Below are positions 8,966 through 18,649 of a stretch of DNA of 64,000 nt, one piece after another (position 1 is the first letter of the stretch; every line of letters starts with the position of its first letter). The translations under genes were made by a program, and so were the position numbers. The notes under the pieces were generated by a model that was not told the origin of the DNA, did not search any database, and was given only the letters and a program-made list of their open reading frames with translations. Source of the DNA: Candidatus Spongiisociaceae bacterium (GTDB lineage: Bacteria > Actinomycetota > Acidimicrobiia > Spongiisociales > Spongiisociaceae); contig CBDCOH010000002.1 of the NCBI GenBank assembly GCA_965219685.1, positions 2,176,001-2,240,000 of the forward strand, given 5' to 3'.

Positions 8966-11374
8966 GTGACCACCACAAGCACGCATCGCCACGTCGGAAA
9001 GCCGTATCTCGGCTTGACCAACCGGGAGCTTGCCGCCGGCAAGGGCCTGTTCGTCTCCGACATCGTACTGCCCGGCATGGCTCACCTGGCCATCCTCCGG
9101 AGTCCCCACGCGGCCGCTCGCATCGTCTCGATCGACACCTCGGCGGCCGAAGGACTCGACGGTGTCGTCTACGTGATGACCGGAGCCGAGGCGAAGACCG
9201 GGATGAGCCCCATACCCGAAGCCTGGAACACCAAGGAGATCGGCGCCAAGGGGGTCGACTGGTACGCCCTCGCGCCGGACCGGGTCCGCTACGTGGGCGA
9301 AGCGGTGGCTGCGGTCGTGGCGGAGTCCAAGAACACTGCTTTCGAAGCGGTCGGGCTGATCGATGTCACCTACGAAGTGCTACCTGCCGTGACCGACCCG
9401 AGAGCGGCCCTGGAACCCGATTCGACCCTGGTCGAACCCGACTGGGGAGACAACCTGCTGATAACCCGGGACTGGCGTACCGGCGACATGGAGGGCGCCT
9501 TCGAGCGGGCCGAGCGGATCATCGAGGGTGAGGTCCGCTCCGAGCGGATCACCGGCGTCTCCCTGGAACCACGGGGCTCGGTCGCCCAGTACGACGTCTA
9601 CCAGGACAAGCTGACGCTCTGGGAGTCGACCCAGAATCCCCACCCGCTCAGAACCTTCCTGGCGGAGACGCTCGGCATCCCCGAGCGGACTGTCCACGTC
9701 ATCCAACCGAACGTCGGGGGGGCCTTCGGGCTGAAGCAACCGCCATTCCAGGAGCAACCCCTCATTGCATACCTGGCGAAGAAGCTGGGCCGACCGATCA
9801 AATGGATCGAGGGACGGGACGAGAACTTCGCCACCACCGGTCACTCCCGCGACGTCAGATTCGACTACCGGGCCGCCTTCGACCGCGACGGCATCGTCAG
9901 CGGTCTCGACATCAGGGTCATCGCCGATGTCGGAGCCCCCACGGCTCTCCTGGGTTGGGGCCAGTCGTTCGTTACCGCCTACTGCCTGCCGACCGTGTAC
10001 CGAGTCCCGAACAACCGCATCCGGTTGTCGGTCGTGGTCACCAACAAGACACCCTGGAATGCCTACCGGGGTTTCGGGAAGGACTCCGCAACCTTCCTGA
10101 TGGAGCGGATCATCGACCGGGTGGCTCGCGAGACCGGTCTCGATCGTGCCACGGTCCGGTACAAGAACTTCATCCAACCCGACGAGTTCCCCTACTCGCA
10201 GCCGTCCGGAGCCATGCTGGACAGCGGCGACTACCCGGGATCCCTGGACAAGGTTCTGGAGATGATCGGCTGGGACGAGTTTCCCGAGGTGCAGCGCCGG
10301 GCCCGGGAGGAGGGCCGCTACATCGGCATCGGCCTCAGCCAGGAGTTGACCCCCGAGGGTTGCGCCATGCCGGGCGCGGTCCTGATCTCGGCGTACGACG
10401 GCGCGACGGTACGGGTCGCCCCGTCCGGTGACGTCACGGTCCTAACCGGCGTCACCTCACCCGGCTGCGGTAACGAGACGGCGATGGCCCAGATCGCCGC
10501 GGAATTCCTCGGCTGCGACATGGAACGCATCAAGGTGCTCCAAGGCGACACCGAGTCCTGTCCTTACGGCCTCGGCAACTTCAGTTCGAGAGCCACGATG
10601 TACGGCGGCTCGGCCGTGCAGGCCGCCGCAACAGAACTGCGGGAGAAGATGTTCCGCATCGCCGGCAAGATGCTGGAGGCGGCGCCGGAGGATCTCGACG
10701 CTGCCCATGGCAGGATCTTCGTGCTGGGAGCGGAGAAACGTAGCGTCCGCTTCGACGATGTCGCCAACCAGGTCTACCGGCACACGTTCGGGGAGTACGC
10801 GGATGAGGAGGAGCCAGGACTCGAGTCGACCCGCTACTTCCGGATGGGGAACGTCTATCACCAGCCCGAGAAGCAGGGACGGTTCAGCAACTACCCGGCC
10901 TGGCCGAGCGGTACCGCGGCATGCGTCGTCGAGGTCGATCCGGACACAGGGGGCGTCAAGGTGCTGCGCTTCTGCCTCGTCGACGACGCCGGCACCGTCA
11001 TCAACCCGTTGCTCGTGACCGCCAACCTGCACGGATCCGTGGCCCAGGGCATCGGTGGGACGATGTTCGAGCAATTGGCGTACGACTCGAACGGCCAGTT
11101 GCTGACCGCAACGCTGATGGACTACACGATCCCGACGGCCGTCGAACTCCCGCGCTTCGAGATCGAACACCAGCAGACACCCTCGCCCTTCACACCGTTG
11201 GGCATGAAGGGAGTCGGGGAATCCGGCGTCGGTGTGTGCCTGAACGCTCTGTGCAGCGCCATCGAGGACTCCCTGCCCGAACTGGACCTGGAGATCAACG
11301 AGTTGATCCTGTCTCCCAGCCGGGTATGGCATGCCATCAACGAAGCGCGGCAACGGCAGGGGGTGACCCTTTGA
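8966..11374 (+). CDS. Xanthine dehydrogenase family molybdopterin-binding large subunit (set 1)
   Basis: RSPHAAARI, GGAFGLK, AYRGFG, GNFSSR, HGSVAQGIG, KGVGE. Confidence 0.93.
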   Translation: MTTTSTHRHVGKPYLGLTNRELAAGKGLFVSDIVLPGMAHLAILRSPHAAARIVSIDTSAAEGLDGVVYVMTGAEAKTGMSPIPEAWNTKEIGAKGVDWYALAPDRVRYVGEAVAAVVAESKNTAFEAVGLIDVTYEVLPAVTDPRAALEPDSTLVEPDWGDNLLITRDWRTGDMEGAFERAERIIEGEVRSERITGVSLEPRGSVAQYDVYQDKLTLWESTQNPHPLRTFLAETLGIPERTVHVIQPNVGGAFGLKQPPFQEQPLIAYLAKKLGRPIKWIEGRDENFATTGHSRDVRFDYRAAFDRDGIVSGLDIRVIADVGAPTALLGWGQSFVTAYCLPTVYRVPNNRIRLSVVVTNKTPWNAYRGFGKDSATFLMERIIDRVARETGLDRATVRYKNFIQPDEFPYSQPSGAMLDSGDYPGSLDKVLEMIGWDEFPEVQRRAREEGRYIGIGLSQELTPEGCAMPGAVLISAYDGATVRVAPSGDVTVLTGVTSPGCGNETAMAQIAAEFLGCDMERIKVLQGDTESCPYGLGNFSSRATMYGGSAVQAAATELREKMFRIAGKMLEAAPEDLDAAHGRIFVLGAEKRSVRFDDVANQVYRHTFGEYADEEEPGLESTRYFRMGNVYHQPEKQGRFSNYPAWPSGTAACVVEVDPDTGGVKVLRFCLVDDAGTVINPLLVTANLHGSVAQGIGGTMFEQLAYDSNGQLLTATLMDYTIPTAVELPRFEIEHQQTPSPFTPLGMKGVGESGVGVCLNALCSAIEDSLPELDLEINELILSPSRVWHAINEARQRQGVTL

Positions 11375-12216
11375 TAACACGTGAGCTGGAACTCCTCCGG
11401 CCGACCACCACTGCGGAGGCGGTGGAGTTGCTCGCCGAGCGAGGAGATGACATCACGGTCCTCGCCGGAGGGATGAGCCTGCTTCCGATGATGAACCTGG
11501 GCATCGTCCAGCCTGATGTCGTCATGTCCCTCAACCACGTGACGGATCTCGCCGGGGTGACCTACGGGGACAGACTCCGGATCGGCGCCATGGTCAGCCA
11601 CAAGGAGGTCGAGACCAACCCGCTTGTCTCCACCCATGCACCGATGCTCGCCGAAGCGGCGGCGAAGATCGGGGACGTGCAGGTGAGGAACAGGGGCACC
11701 ATCGCCGGTAGCATCTGCCATGCCGATCCCGCCGGCGACTACTCCCCCGTGATCGTGGTGGCGGGGGCCGAGATGGAGTTGGCCAGCCTGGGCGGGACCC
11801 GACGGCTGCCCGCGCACGAGTTCCTTATCGATCTGATGTTCACGGCCAGGGAACCAGACGAACTGGTGACCGCAGTCCTCGTTCCGAGCCAGCCAGACGG
11901 GGCGGGTTCGGCATACGTGCGCTTCGCCCGTGTCGAGGGCAGCTTCGCCATCGTCAACGCCGCGGCGCTGATCGAGCCCGGATTCGCCTCGACCAGAGTG
12001 GCCATCGGAGGGGTAGGGCCCATCCCGGTGGTGGTCGACGCGTCGGACGCCTTCGCCGACGGCCCCGGACCCGCCGCATTCGAGGAGTTGAACGCGAGGG
12101 CCTACGACGCTGCCGTCTATGCATCGTCCGACATCCACTCGGATGCCGAGTACCGGCGCCATATGGCAGGCGTCTTTGCACGGCGCGCCGTGCAGCAGGC
12201 AATCGCGACCATGTGA
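11371..12216 (+). CDS. Xanthine dehydrogenase family FAD-binding medium subunit (set 1)
   Basis: TTG start overlaps the upstream stop; LAGGMSLLP, QVRNRGTIAGSICHADPAGD, DIHSDAEYRR. Confidence 0.9.
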   Translation: MITRELELLRPTTTAEAVELLAERGDDITVLAGGMSLLPMMNLGIVQPDVVMSLNHVTDLAGVTYGDRLRIGAMVSHKEVETNPLVSTHAPMLAEAAAKIGDVQVRNRGTIAGSICHADPAGDYSPVIVVAGAEMELASLGGTRRLPAHEFLIDLMFTAREPDELVTAVLVPSQPDGAGSAYVRFARVEGSFAIVNAAALIEPGFASTRVAIGGVGPIPVVVDASDAFADGPGPAAFEELNARAYDAAVYASSDIHSDAEYRRHMAGVFARRAVQQAIATM

Positions 12217-12232
12217 TCGAGGTGATCGTGTC

Positions 12233-12721
12233 ATGAAGTACCAGGTCAACCTGACGGTCAACGGTAAGGGCAGAACCGTCGAAGTCGACACGCGGACGAT
12301 CCTCGTCGACATGCTCCGTGACGAACTCCGGCTTACAGGCGCCCATGTCGGCTGCGCGACCGGCAACTGTGGGGCATGCACCGTGCTGCTCAACGGCGAG
12401 ACCGTCAAGTCCTGCTGCGTTCTGGCCGCCGATGCCGAGGGCCAGGACGTTCGGACGATCGAGTCATTGAGCACCGGCCCGGACGACCTGCATCCCATCC
12501 AGGAAGCCTTCATCGACAACCAGGGATTGCAGTGCGGCTTCTGCACCCCGGGGATGATCCTGTCGACCCTGGCCCTGCTGGAGGAGAATCCCGATCCGAC
12601 CGAGGCGGAGATCCGCCACGGGATAGCCGGCAACCTCTGCCGCTGCACCGGGTACCACTTCATCGTGGACTCGATCGAAGACGCCGCCGCCCGCCTGCGT
12701 ACAGGTTCAGAGGCTTCGTGA
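12233..12721 (+). CDS. Xanthine dehydrogenase family 2Fe-2S small subunit (set 1)
   Basis: GCATGNCGACTV, QCGFCTPG, NLCRCTGY; ATG at 12233. Confidence 0.94.
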   Translation: MKYQVNLTVNGKGRTVEVDTRTILVDMLRDELRLTGAHVGCATGNCGACTVLLNGETVKSCCVLAADAEGQDVRTIESLSTGPDDLHPIQEAFIDNQGLQCGFCTPGMILSTLALLEENPDPTEAEIRHGIAGNLCRCTGYHFIVDSIEDAAARLRTGSEAS

Positions 12722-12780
12722 TCGTGGGCCGCATCTGGGATGATGGCCGAGGCACTTAGAGCAGACCGCAACAATCCGGG

Positions 12781-14037
12781 GTGAACGTGACAAAGTACTG
12801 GCATCCATTTGCAGACATGCGGGCGATAACCCGAGGCCAGGAACTCGTTATCGACCGAGCCGACGGCTACTACGTGTTCGACGCGGAGGGCCGCCGCTAC
12901 CTCGACGCCACCGCGAGCCTCTGGTATTGCAACGTCGGCCACGGACGTACCGAGATCGCGGAAGCAGCGTTCGAGCAGATGCAGAGACTCGAGGCCTACT
13001 CGACCTTCGGGGACTTCACCAACCCGCCCGTCATGGAATTGACGGACCGGCTCGCCGAGATAGCCCCGGTCCCTGACAGCGTGTCGTTTCTGACCAGCGG
13101 GGGCTCGGATTCCATCGACACCGCCATTAAGCTCGCCCGCCTCTATCACAAGGTCAAGGGGGAACCACAGCGCACCTACGTGTTGAGCAGGTTCCGCGCC
13201 TACCACGGGATGCACACCGGCGGCACCAGCATGGCCGGAATCGCGCCCAACCTCGATGGATACGGAGCGCTCCTGTCCGACACGCGTGTGGTCGGCTGGG
13301 ACTCGCACGACGAATTGATCGAAGCCATGGAGGACCTCGGTCCGGAGAACATCGCCGCGTTCGTCTGCGAACCGGTGATCGGGGCGGGCGGCGTGCTGGC
13401 CCCACCTCCCGGTTACCTGGAGAAGGTGCGCGGCATCTGCCGCGACTCCGGAATCCTCTTCATCTCGGATGAGGTGATCACCGGTTTCGGGCGCACCGGG
13501 ATGTGGTTCGCTAGCGAGCGGTGGAACCTGGCCCCGGACCTCATGACCTGCGCCAAGGGAATAACCTCCGGCTACCTCCCGCTCGGTGCGGTGATAGTCG
13601 CTCCGTGGATCGCGGAACCGTGGTTCGAGGGGGGCGCCGGGATGTGGCGCCACGGCTACACATACTCAGGGCACGCCACCGTCGCCGCGGCGGCGAACGC
13701 CAACCTCGACATCATCGAACGGGAGGGCCTGGTGCGGTCGGCCGCGGTTCTGGAGGCCAAGCTGGCGAAGGGGCTCAGCCCTCTGGCGGACCACCACTTG
13801 GTCAGCGAGGTGAGAGCCGGGGTGGGTGCCATGGCCGCCGTGCAGCTGTCCCTGGACGCGGTGGACGAAGACCCGGGGCTACCCGACAGGCTGATGGGCG
13901 CGCTCCGTGAGCACGGCATCCTCACGCGAATCCTGTTCGGCCACGCCGTGCAGGTGTCGCCCCCCTTCACTCTCGACGACAGCGGCGTGGGAGAACTAGC
14001 CGACGGGATCCGCGGCGCTCTGGACGCTGTGGCTTGA
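12781..14037 (+). CDS. Class III PLP aminotransferase (omega-amino acid transaminase)
   Basis: YLDATASLWYCNVGHGR, AYHG, DEVITGFGRTG, AKGITSGYLPLG, HGYTYSGH. Confidence 0.94.
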   Translation: MNVTKYWHPFADMRAITRGQELVIDRADGYYVFDAEGRRYLDATASLWYCNVGHGRTEIAEAAFEQMQRLEAYSTFGDFTNPPVMELTDRLAEIAPVPDSVSFLTSGGSDSIDTAIKLARLYHKVKGEPQRTYVLSRFRAYHGMHTGGTSMAGIAPNLDGYGALLSDTRVVGWDSHDELIEAMEDLGPENIAAFVCEPVIGAGGVLAPPPGYLEKVRGICRDSGILFISDEVITGFGRTGMWFASERWNLAPDLMTCAKGITSGYLPLGAVIVAPWIAEPWFEGGAGMWRHGYTYSGHATVAAAANANLDIIEREGLVRSAAVLEAKLAKGLSPLADHHLVSEVRAGVGAMAAVQLSLDAVDEDPGLPDRLMGALREHGILTRILFGHAVQVSPPFTLDDSGVGELADGIRGALDAVA

Positions 14038-14152
14038 GGCGTGTTCGCGGTTTGCTCCGCGCGTCCGATGGCGGTCTGCCTAGCTCTCCCCGTCAGGCGC
14101 GATAATGGTTCTCAAACCCAAGTAGACGAACAGAACAGGAGATGACCACTCA

Positions 14153-15559
14153 ATGAGCAAGTTCGATCTGGTAATCCACGGCGGGACACTCGTATTCACC
14201 GACGAGGCAATACCGGGTGACATAGGCGTCAGGGACGGGAAGATAGCGGCCATCTCCGCCCCTGGCATGCTCGTCAACGGCACCCGGACCATCGACGCGA
14301 CCGACCTACATGTGTTCCCGGGCGCGATAGACCCGCACGTCCATCTGCAGACATTCCAAAGCCCCTTCGACGTCAACGTGAAGACCGAAACCAGGAACGC
14401 CGCCATCGGCGGATGCACGACCATGGTTCCCACGCTCCTCAACCGTGAGGACGCCTCGGTCTCGTTCCTCGACTATTACCCGTGGGCTCTGGAAGCCGTG
14501 CAGCGTGATTCGGTGATCGATGCCGGATTCAGCGCGGTGATCGGCACCGACCAGCAGATCGAGGAACTACCGGCGATGGCGTACGACTGCGGCATAACCT
14601 CGTACAAGTTCTACATGGCCTACACCCAGGACGAGGCCTCCGTGTTCGGGATCCTGGCGGTCGACGACGCCCAGTTCCTCGCCGGCCTCCGCCAGGTAGC
14701 CGCCATCGGCAAGCCCGCTATCGCCATGGTCCACGCCGAGAACATGTCCATCATCCACAACCTGAAGGCCAAGTACATCGCCGCAGGCCGGGACGACCTC
14801 AAGGCATGGACCGACGCGCGGCCCGACATCGCCGAGGAGGAAGCCACCCGCCGGGCGATCTGGTACACGAAGGAGACCAACTCGCAGCTCTACATCGTCC
14901 ACATGACCATCGGCCGCGGGGTCGACTGGGTCCGCCAGGCCAAGGCGGACGGCGTGGACGTGATAGCCGAGACCTGCCCTCACTACCTGGTGCTCACCAA
15001 GTACGACAACGACAAGGTCGGCAGCCTCGCCAAGGTGAACCCTCCGCTGCGCGACGCCGAGAGCCAGGAGCTGCTCTGGGAGGGTCTCCGTGACGGCACC
15101 GTGACCTGCGTCGGTTCGGACCACTCCACGGTGGTGGCCAAGCCCGACAAGGTAAAGGAGAGCATCTGGGATGCGGTTCCGGGATTCCCCGGGATGGGCA
15201 TGCTGCTGCCGATCATGCTGAGCGAGGGTTACCACAAGGGCCGTATATCGCTGCCGGGTGTCTCCCGGATCCTGGGGCTCCAGAACGCCGAGGTATGGGG
15301 GCTGTATCCGAAGAAGGGTGTGCTGCGGGTCGGTTCGGACGCCGACTTCGCCATCGTCGACCTGGACCGGGAACGGGTGGTGACGCCCGAGTACATGCAG
15401 TCGGCGGCCGACTGGGGCCTGTACGACGGCTGGAACGTCAAGGGGTGGCCGACCCAGACCATCGTGAGAGGAACCGTGGTCATGGACTCCGGCGAGATCG
15501 TCGGCGACCCGTCCTTCGGCCAGTACATTCCGAGGTATCCGTACGACAAGGCGAGCTAG
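14153..15559 (+). CDS. Cyclic amidohydrolase (dihydropyrimidinase/hydantoinase/allantoinase family)
   Basis: IDPHVH, YKFYMAY, VHAEN, ETCPHYL, NPPLR, GSDH, GSDAD. Confidence 0.92.
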   Translation: MSKFDLVIHGGTLVFTDEAIPGDIGVRDGKIAAISAPGMLVNGTRTIDATDLHVFPGAIDPHVHLQTFQSPFDVNVKTETRNAAIGGCTTMVPTLLNREDASVSFLDYYPWALEAVQRDSVIDAGFSAVIGTDQQIEELPAMAYDCGITSYKFYMAYTQDEASVFGILAVDDAQFLAGLRQVAAIGKPAIAMVHAENMSIIHNLKAKYIAAGRDDLKAWTDARPDIAEEEATRRAIWYTKETNSQLYIVHMTIGRGVDWVRQAKADGVDVIAETCPHYLVLTKYDNDKVGSLAKVNPPLRDAESQELLWEGLRDGTVTCVGSDHSTVVAKPDKVKESIWDAVPGFPGMGMLLPIMLSEGYHKGRISLPGVSRILGLQNAEVWGLYPKKGVLRVGSDADFAIVDLDRERVVTPEYMQSAADWGLYDGWNVKGWPTQTIVRGTVVMDSGEIVGDPSFGQYIPRYPYDKAS

Positions 15560-15622
15560 CGGCCGGGGGAGCCGGCTGAGACCGCTACCACCGAACCGGA
15601 AGTCCCGACTGAAGATCGAGCG

Positions 15623-16534
15623 ATGAACGCACCAGCCAATCCCGGGAATCGTTCCTGGCCGGTACACCGCTGGTTCGCCGACGTCCCCGCTGTGCAGGAG
15701 CGGTTGGCCGGTTGCGACTACCTGGCCGATCGAGGGTTGGCCACCGCGATATTCCTCGCTACGTCGCTGAACCTGCCCCTGCTGCTCGAGGGGGAGGTGG
15801 GGGTGGGCAAGACCGAGGTGGCCAAGGCGGTCGCCCAGGCGCTCGGCCGCCGGGTCGTGCGGCTCCAGTGTTACGAAGGCATCGACTCGACCCAGGCGCT
15901 GTACGAGTGGGACTACCCCCGCCAACTTCTCTACCTTCGAGCGGTCGGGGACGCGAGAACTGACAAGGAGGGCGTGGTCGAAGATCTCTACGGGCCCCGC
16001 TTCCTGAAAGAGCGTCCCCTGCTCGAAGCCATCCGGGCCGGTTCGGGAGTGGTGCTCTTGATCGACGAGATCGACCGGGCCGACGACGAGTTCGAGGCTT
16101 TCCTGCTCGAGGTCCTGGCCGACTTCCAGGTCTCCATCCCGGAGATAGGGCCGGTAACAGCTGTCGATCCGCCGTTCGTCGTCCTGACCTCCAACCGGAC
16201 CCGTGAGTTGCATGACGCGCTGAAGCGACGCTGCCTGTACCACTGGATCGACTACCCCGGCCCGGATCGAGAGGTGGCCATCGTGCGGGCCCGGGTCCCG
16301 GAGGTCCCCGAGGACTTGGCCCGACGGATCGTCGAGGCGGTCCACCGATTCCGTCGGCTCGACCTGATCAAGCGGCCTGGAGTCGCCGAGACCATCAACT
16401 GGGCACTCACGCTGGACCTGCTCGATGTCGATGATCTCGAGACCGAGATTGTGACTCCGACCCTCGGTGCCCTGCTGAAGGAACGAGAGGACATCGACCG
16501 CGTCACCCCTCAACTCGACGCAGTGCTGGCTTGA
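15623..16534 (+). CDS. MoxR-family AAA+ ATPase (CoxD-like)
   Basis: LEGEVGVGKT, RLQCYEG, ALYEWDY, LIDEIDRAD, ELHDALKRRCLYHWIDYP. Confidence 0.93.
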   Translation: MNAPANPGNRSWPVHRWFADVPAVQERLAGCDYLADRGLATAIFLATSLNLPLLLEGEVGVGKTEVAKAVAQALGRRVVRLQCYEGIDSTQALYEWDYPRQLLYLRAVGDARTDKEGVVEDLYGPRFLKERPLLEAIRAGSGVVLLIDEIDRADDEFEAFLLEVLADFQVSIPEIGPVTAVDPPFVVLTSNRTRELHDALKRRCLYHWIDYPGPDREVAIVRARVPEVPEDLARRIVEAVHRFRRLDLIKRPGVAETINWALTLDLLDVDDLETEIVTPTLGALLKEREDIDRVTPQLDAVLA

Positions 16535-17751
16535 TCGGCCCTGGTGACGATCCGGCGAGCGTACTGGTGTCGTTCGGCAATGCCCTGCGTGAGCAGGGCG
16601 TCAAGGTGAGCCCCGCCGAGATCGTCACGCTCGGCCATGCATTCTCGCTCCTCGGAACCGACGATCTCGAAGATGTCTACTGGTCGGGGAGAACCTGTCT
16701 GGTGTCGGCGTACGTCGACATCCCGGCATATGACGCGGCGTTCGCTTCGTTCTTCCTCGGCTCGGACCCGGACATGTCGCTCGAAGTCGGCGAGGATCCG
16801 GAAGACGAGGTGACCGATGCGGGAGCCGCCGGGGCGGGGGACGAGCGGGACTCGTTTCTCGACAGCCCCTCGGTCGAGGACGGTGACGGCGGATCCGAGG
16901 AGCCGGAGGCTGACCCCGACCCGGGAGCCGTGGCCTCGCTCTTCGAGATACTCCGGCACCGGTCCTTCTCCGAGTGGACCGACGAAGAGAAGACCAACCT
17001 GGCCACGCTCGTGGGCCGGATCGAGATTCGGGTACCGCGCCGATGCACGCGGCGACTCCGGCCGGCGACGGTGGGCCACAGCCTGGATCTGCGCAGGACC
17101 GTCCGCCGAGCGCTGCAAACGGAAGGAGAGGTCCTCCGGAGATCATGGCGGCGGCGCGTACACACACCACGGCGTCTGCTCCTCCTGGTGGATGTCTCGG
17201 GGTCGATGTCGACCCAGTCCAGAGCAATGCTGCACCTGGGCTACGGGCTCGCGACGAGCACGCTCGACACCGAGGTGTTCTGCTTCGGGACCAGGCTCAC
17301 CCGCACCACGGACCTGCTCAAGGGACGTGACCCCGACCTCGCGGTGCAGCGCGCATCGGCCGGGGTCGTCGACTGGGCCGGGGGAACCAGGATCGGCGAG
17401 TCGATGGCAAGCCTGCTCCGGGATCCGGTCGCGCTGCGCCATGTGCGGGGAGCGCTCGTTCTGGTCGCTTCGGACGGACTCGAAACGGGCGACCCCGAGT
17501 TGATGGCCGACCAGGTTGCCCGCCTGTCCCGGCTGGCCTACAGGGTCGTGTGGATGAGCCCGCTCAAGTCCGATCCGTCCTACCGGCCGCTGACCCGAGG
17601 CATGAGGTTGGCGTTCCCCCATCTCGACCATCTGGTGGGTGCGGACACGCTCGGCGATCTGGAAGCAGTGGCGAAACTCCTTCCCAGGCTCGTCTCCGGC
17701 ACCCGCTCTCTGCCGCGGCAACCAAGAGCCGGCTACCGGGCGAGACCGTAG
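16531..17751 (+). CDS. VWA-domain CoxE-like protein
   Basis: LDLRRTVR, DVSGSM MIDAS motif, DWAGGTRIG, SDGLETGD; coupled to the MoxR gene. Confidence 0.9.
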   Translation: MIGPGDDPASVLVSFGNALREQGVKVSPAEIVTLGHAFSLLGTDDLEDVYWSGRTCLVSAYVDIPAYDAAFASFFLGSDPDMSLEVGEDPEDEVTDAGAAGAGDERDSFLDSPSVEDGDGGSEEPEADPDPGAVASLFEILRHRSFSEWTDEEKTNLATLVGRIEIRVPRRCTRRLRPATVGHSLDLRRTVRRALQTEGEVLRRSWRRRVHTPRRLLLLVDVSGSMSTQSRAMLHLGYGLATSTLDTEVFCFGTRLTRTTDLLKGRDPDLAVQRASAGVVDWAGGTRIGESMASLLRDPVALRHVRGALVLVASDGLETGDPELMADQVARLSRLAYRVVWMSPLKSDPSYRPLTRGMRLAFPHLDHLVGADTLGDLEAVAKLLPRLVSGTRSLPRQPRAGYRARP

Positions 17752-17889
17752 GTCACCTCCACCAGCCGGCGGTGGTCGTGGACCCTCCCTTACATCTCCC
17801 GGATAGGCTCCGGTACATCGTCCCTTACCGCGGCCCACCGGGGGAGGGGACGGTGACACGGCGCCGGCAGCGACCACAGGAGTCCACGG

Positions 17890-18555
17890 ATGGCAACCAT
17901 CAGGAACGACCGCAAGAGAGTCGAGGAGTTCATCATCCCCCGGGGAACCGGCAAGGCGTTCCACCTGGCGGCAGGGCAGATCCTGCGGATCACCGCCCAC
18001 GAGGGCAAACAGGTCGCGGACGTCAAGTTCATCAACGCCCACGACCACAGGGAGCAATTCTGCGCGTGGTGGTCCTCGTGCCTCAACTCCGAACGCCCCG
18101 ATGGCCTGATAACCGGTGGAACCAAGAGGATCACCGAACTGTTCTCCAAACCCCCCTGGGAGCGGGTGATGCTCCGCGTCATCGACGACAAGGTCGGAGA
18201 CCACCTCTTCAACGGCGCCTGCTCACCCCGTATCCGGGAGTTGATGCCCGAATTCGACTATCTGGGTAGCGAGACCTGCGTGGACCTCTTCCAGGAGGTC
18301 CTCGCTCCCCATGGCATCGGGCTCGAAGACCTGGAGGCGTCCGGTACGTTCAACGTTTTCATGCCGGTCCGCTTCAGGGACGACGAAGCCGGAACGTGGG
18401 AGTTCCTTCCGCCGTCCTGTGAGAAGGGTGACTTCATCGAGTTCCAAGCGGAGATGGACATCCTGGTGGCGGCGACCTCCTGCCCGCAGGTCGCCATCAT
18501 CAACGACTACAACCCCAAGGCCATGATGTACCAGATCTTCGAACGGCAGGGCTAA
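17890..18555 (+). CDS. DUF1989 / urea-carboxylase-associated family protein
   Basis: GQILRI...EGKQVAD, HLFNGACS, FNVFM, GDFIEFQAEMDILVAATSCPQ. Confidence 0.85.
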   Translation: MATIRNDRKRVEEFIIPRGTGKAFHLAAGQILRITAHEGKQVADVKFINAHDHREQFCAWWSSCLNSERPDGLITGGTKRITELFSKPPWERVMLRVIDDKVGDHLFNGACSPRIRELMPEFDYLGSETCVDLFQEVLAPHGIGLEDLEASGTFNVFMPVRFRDDEAGTWEFLPPSCEKGDFIEFQAEMDILVAATSCPQVAIINDYNPKAMMYQIFERQG

Positions 18556-18649
18556 CGACAGGCCCCGTGCCGACCAGTCAAGCCTTAGATCGAGAGTAGG
18601 AACACCACGGCTAACCGCTGGGCGTGCCATGCCGACCTCAGGTGGTCCC

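Noticed and set aside
11122-13653. 843-aa minus-strand ORF
   Set aside because: Antisense shadow of four well-supported plus-strand genes; no motifs; typical of high-GC DNA.
14567-16513. 648-aa minus-strand ORF
   Set aside because: Antisense shadow of the amidohydrolase and MoxR genes.
8966-17751. Aerobic CO dehydrogenase (coxMSL/coxDE)
   Set aside because: None of the large subunits has the form I AYxCSFR motif; they have A(Y/F)RGFG, and the context is heterocycle catabolism.
17752-17889. Guanidine riboswitch upstream of DUF1989
   Set aside because: No paired ACGR hairpins or ykkC consensus recognisable by eye; an Infernal scan would be needed.
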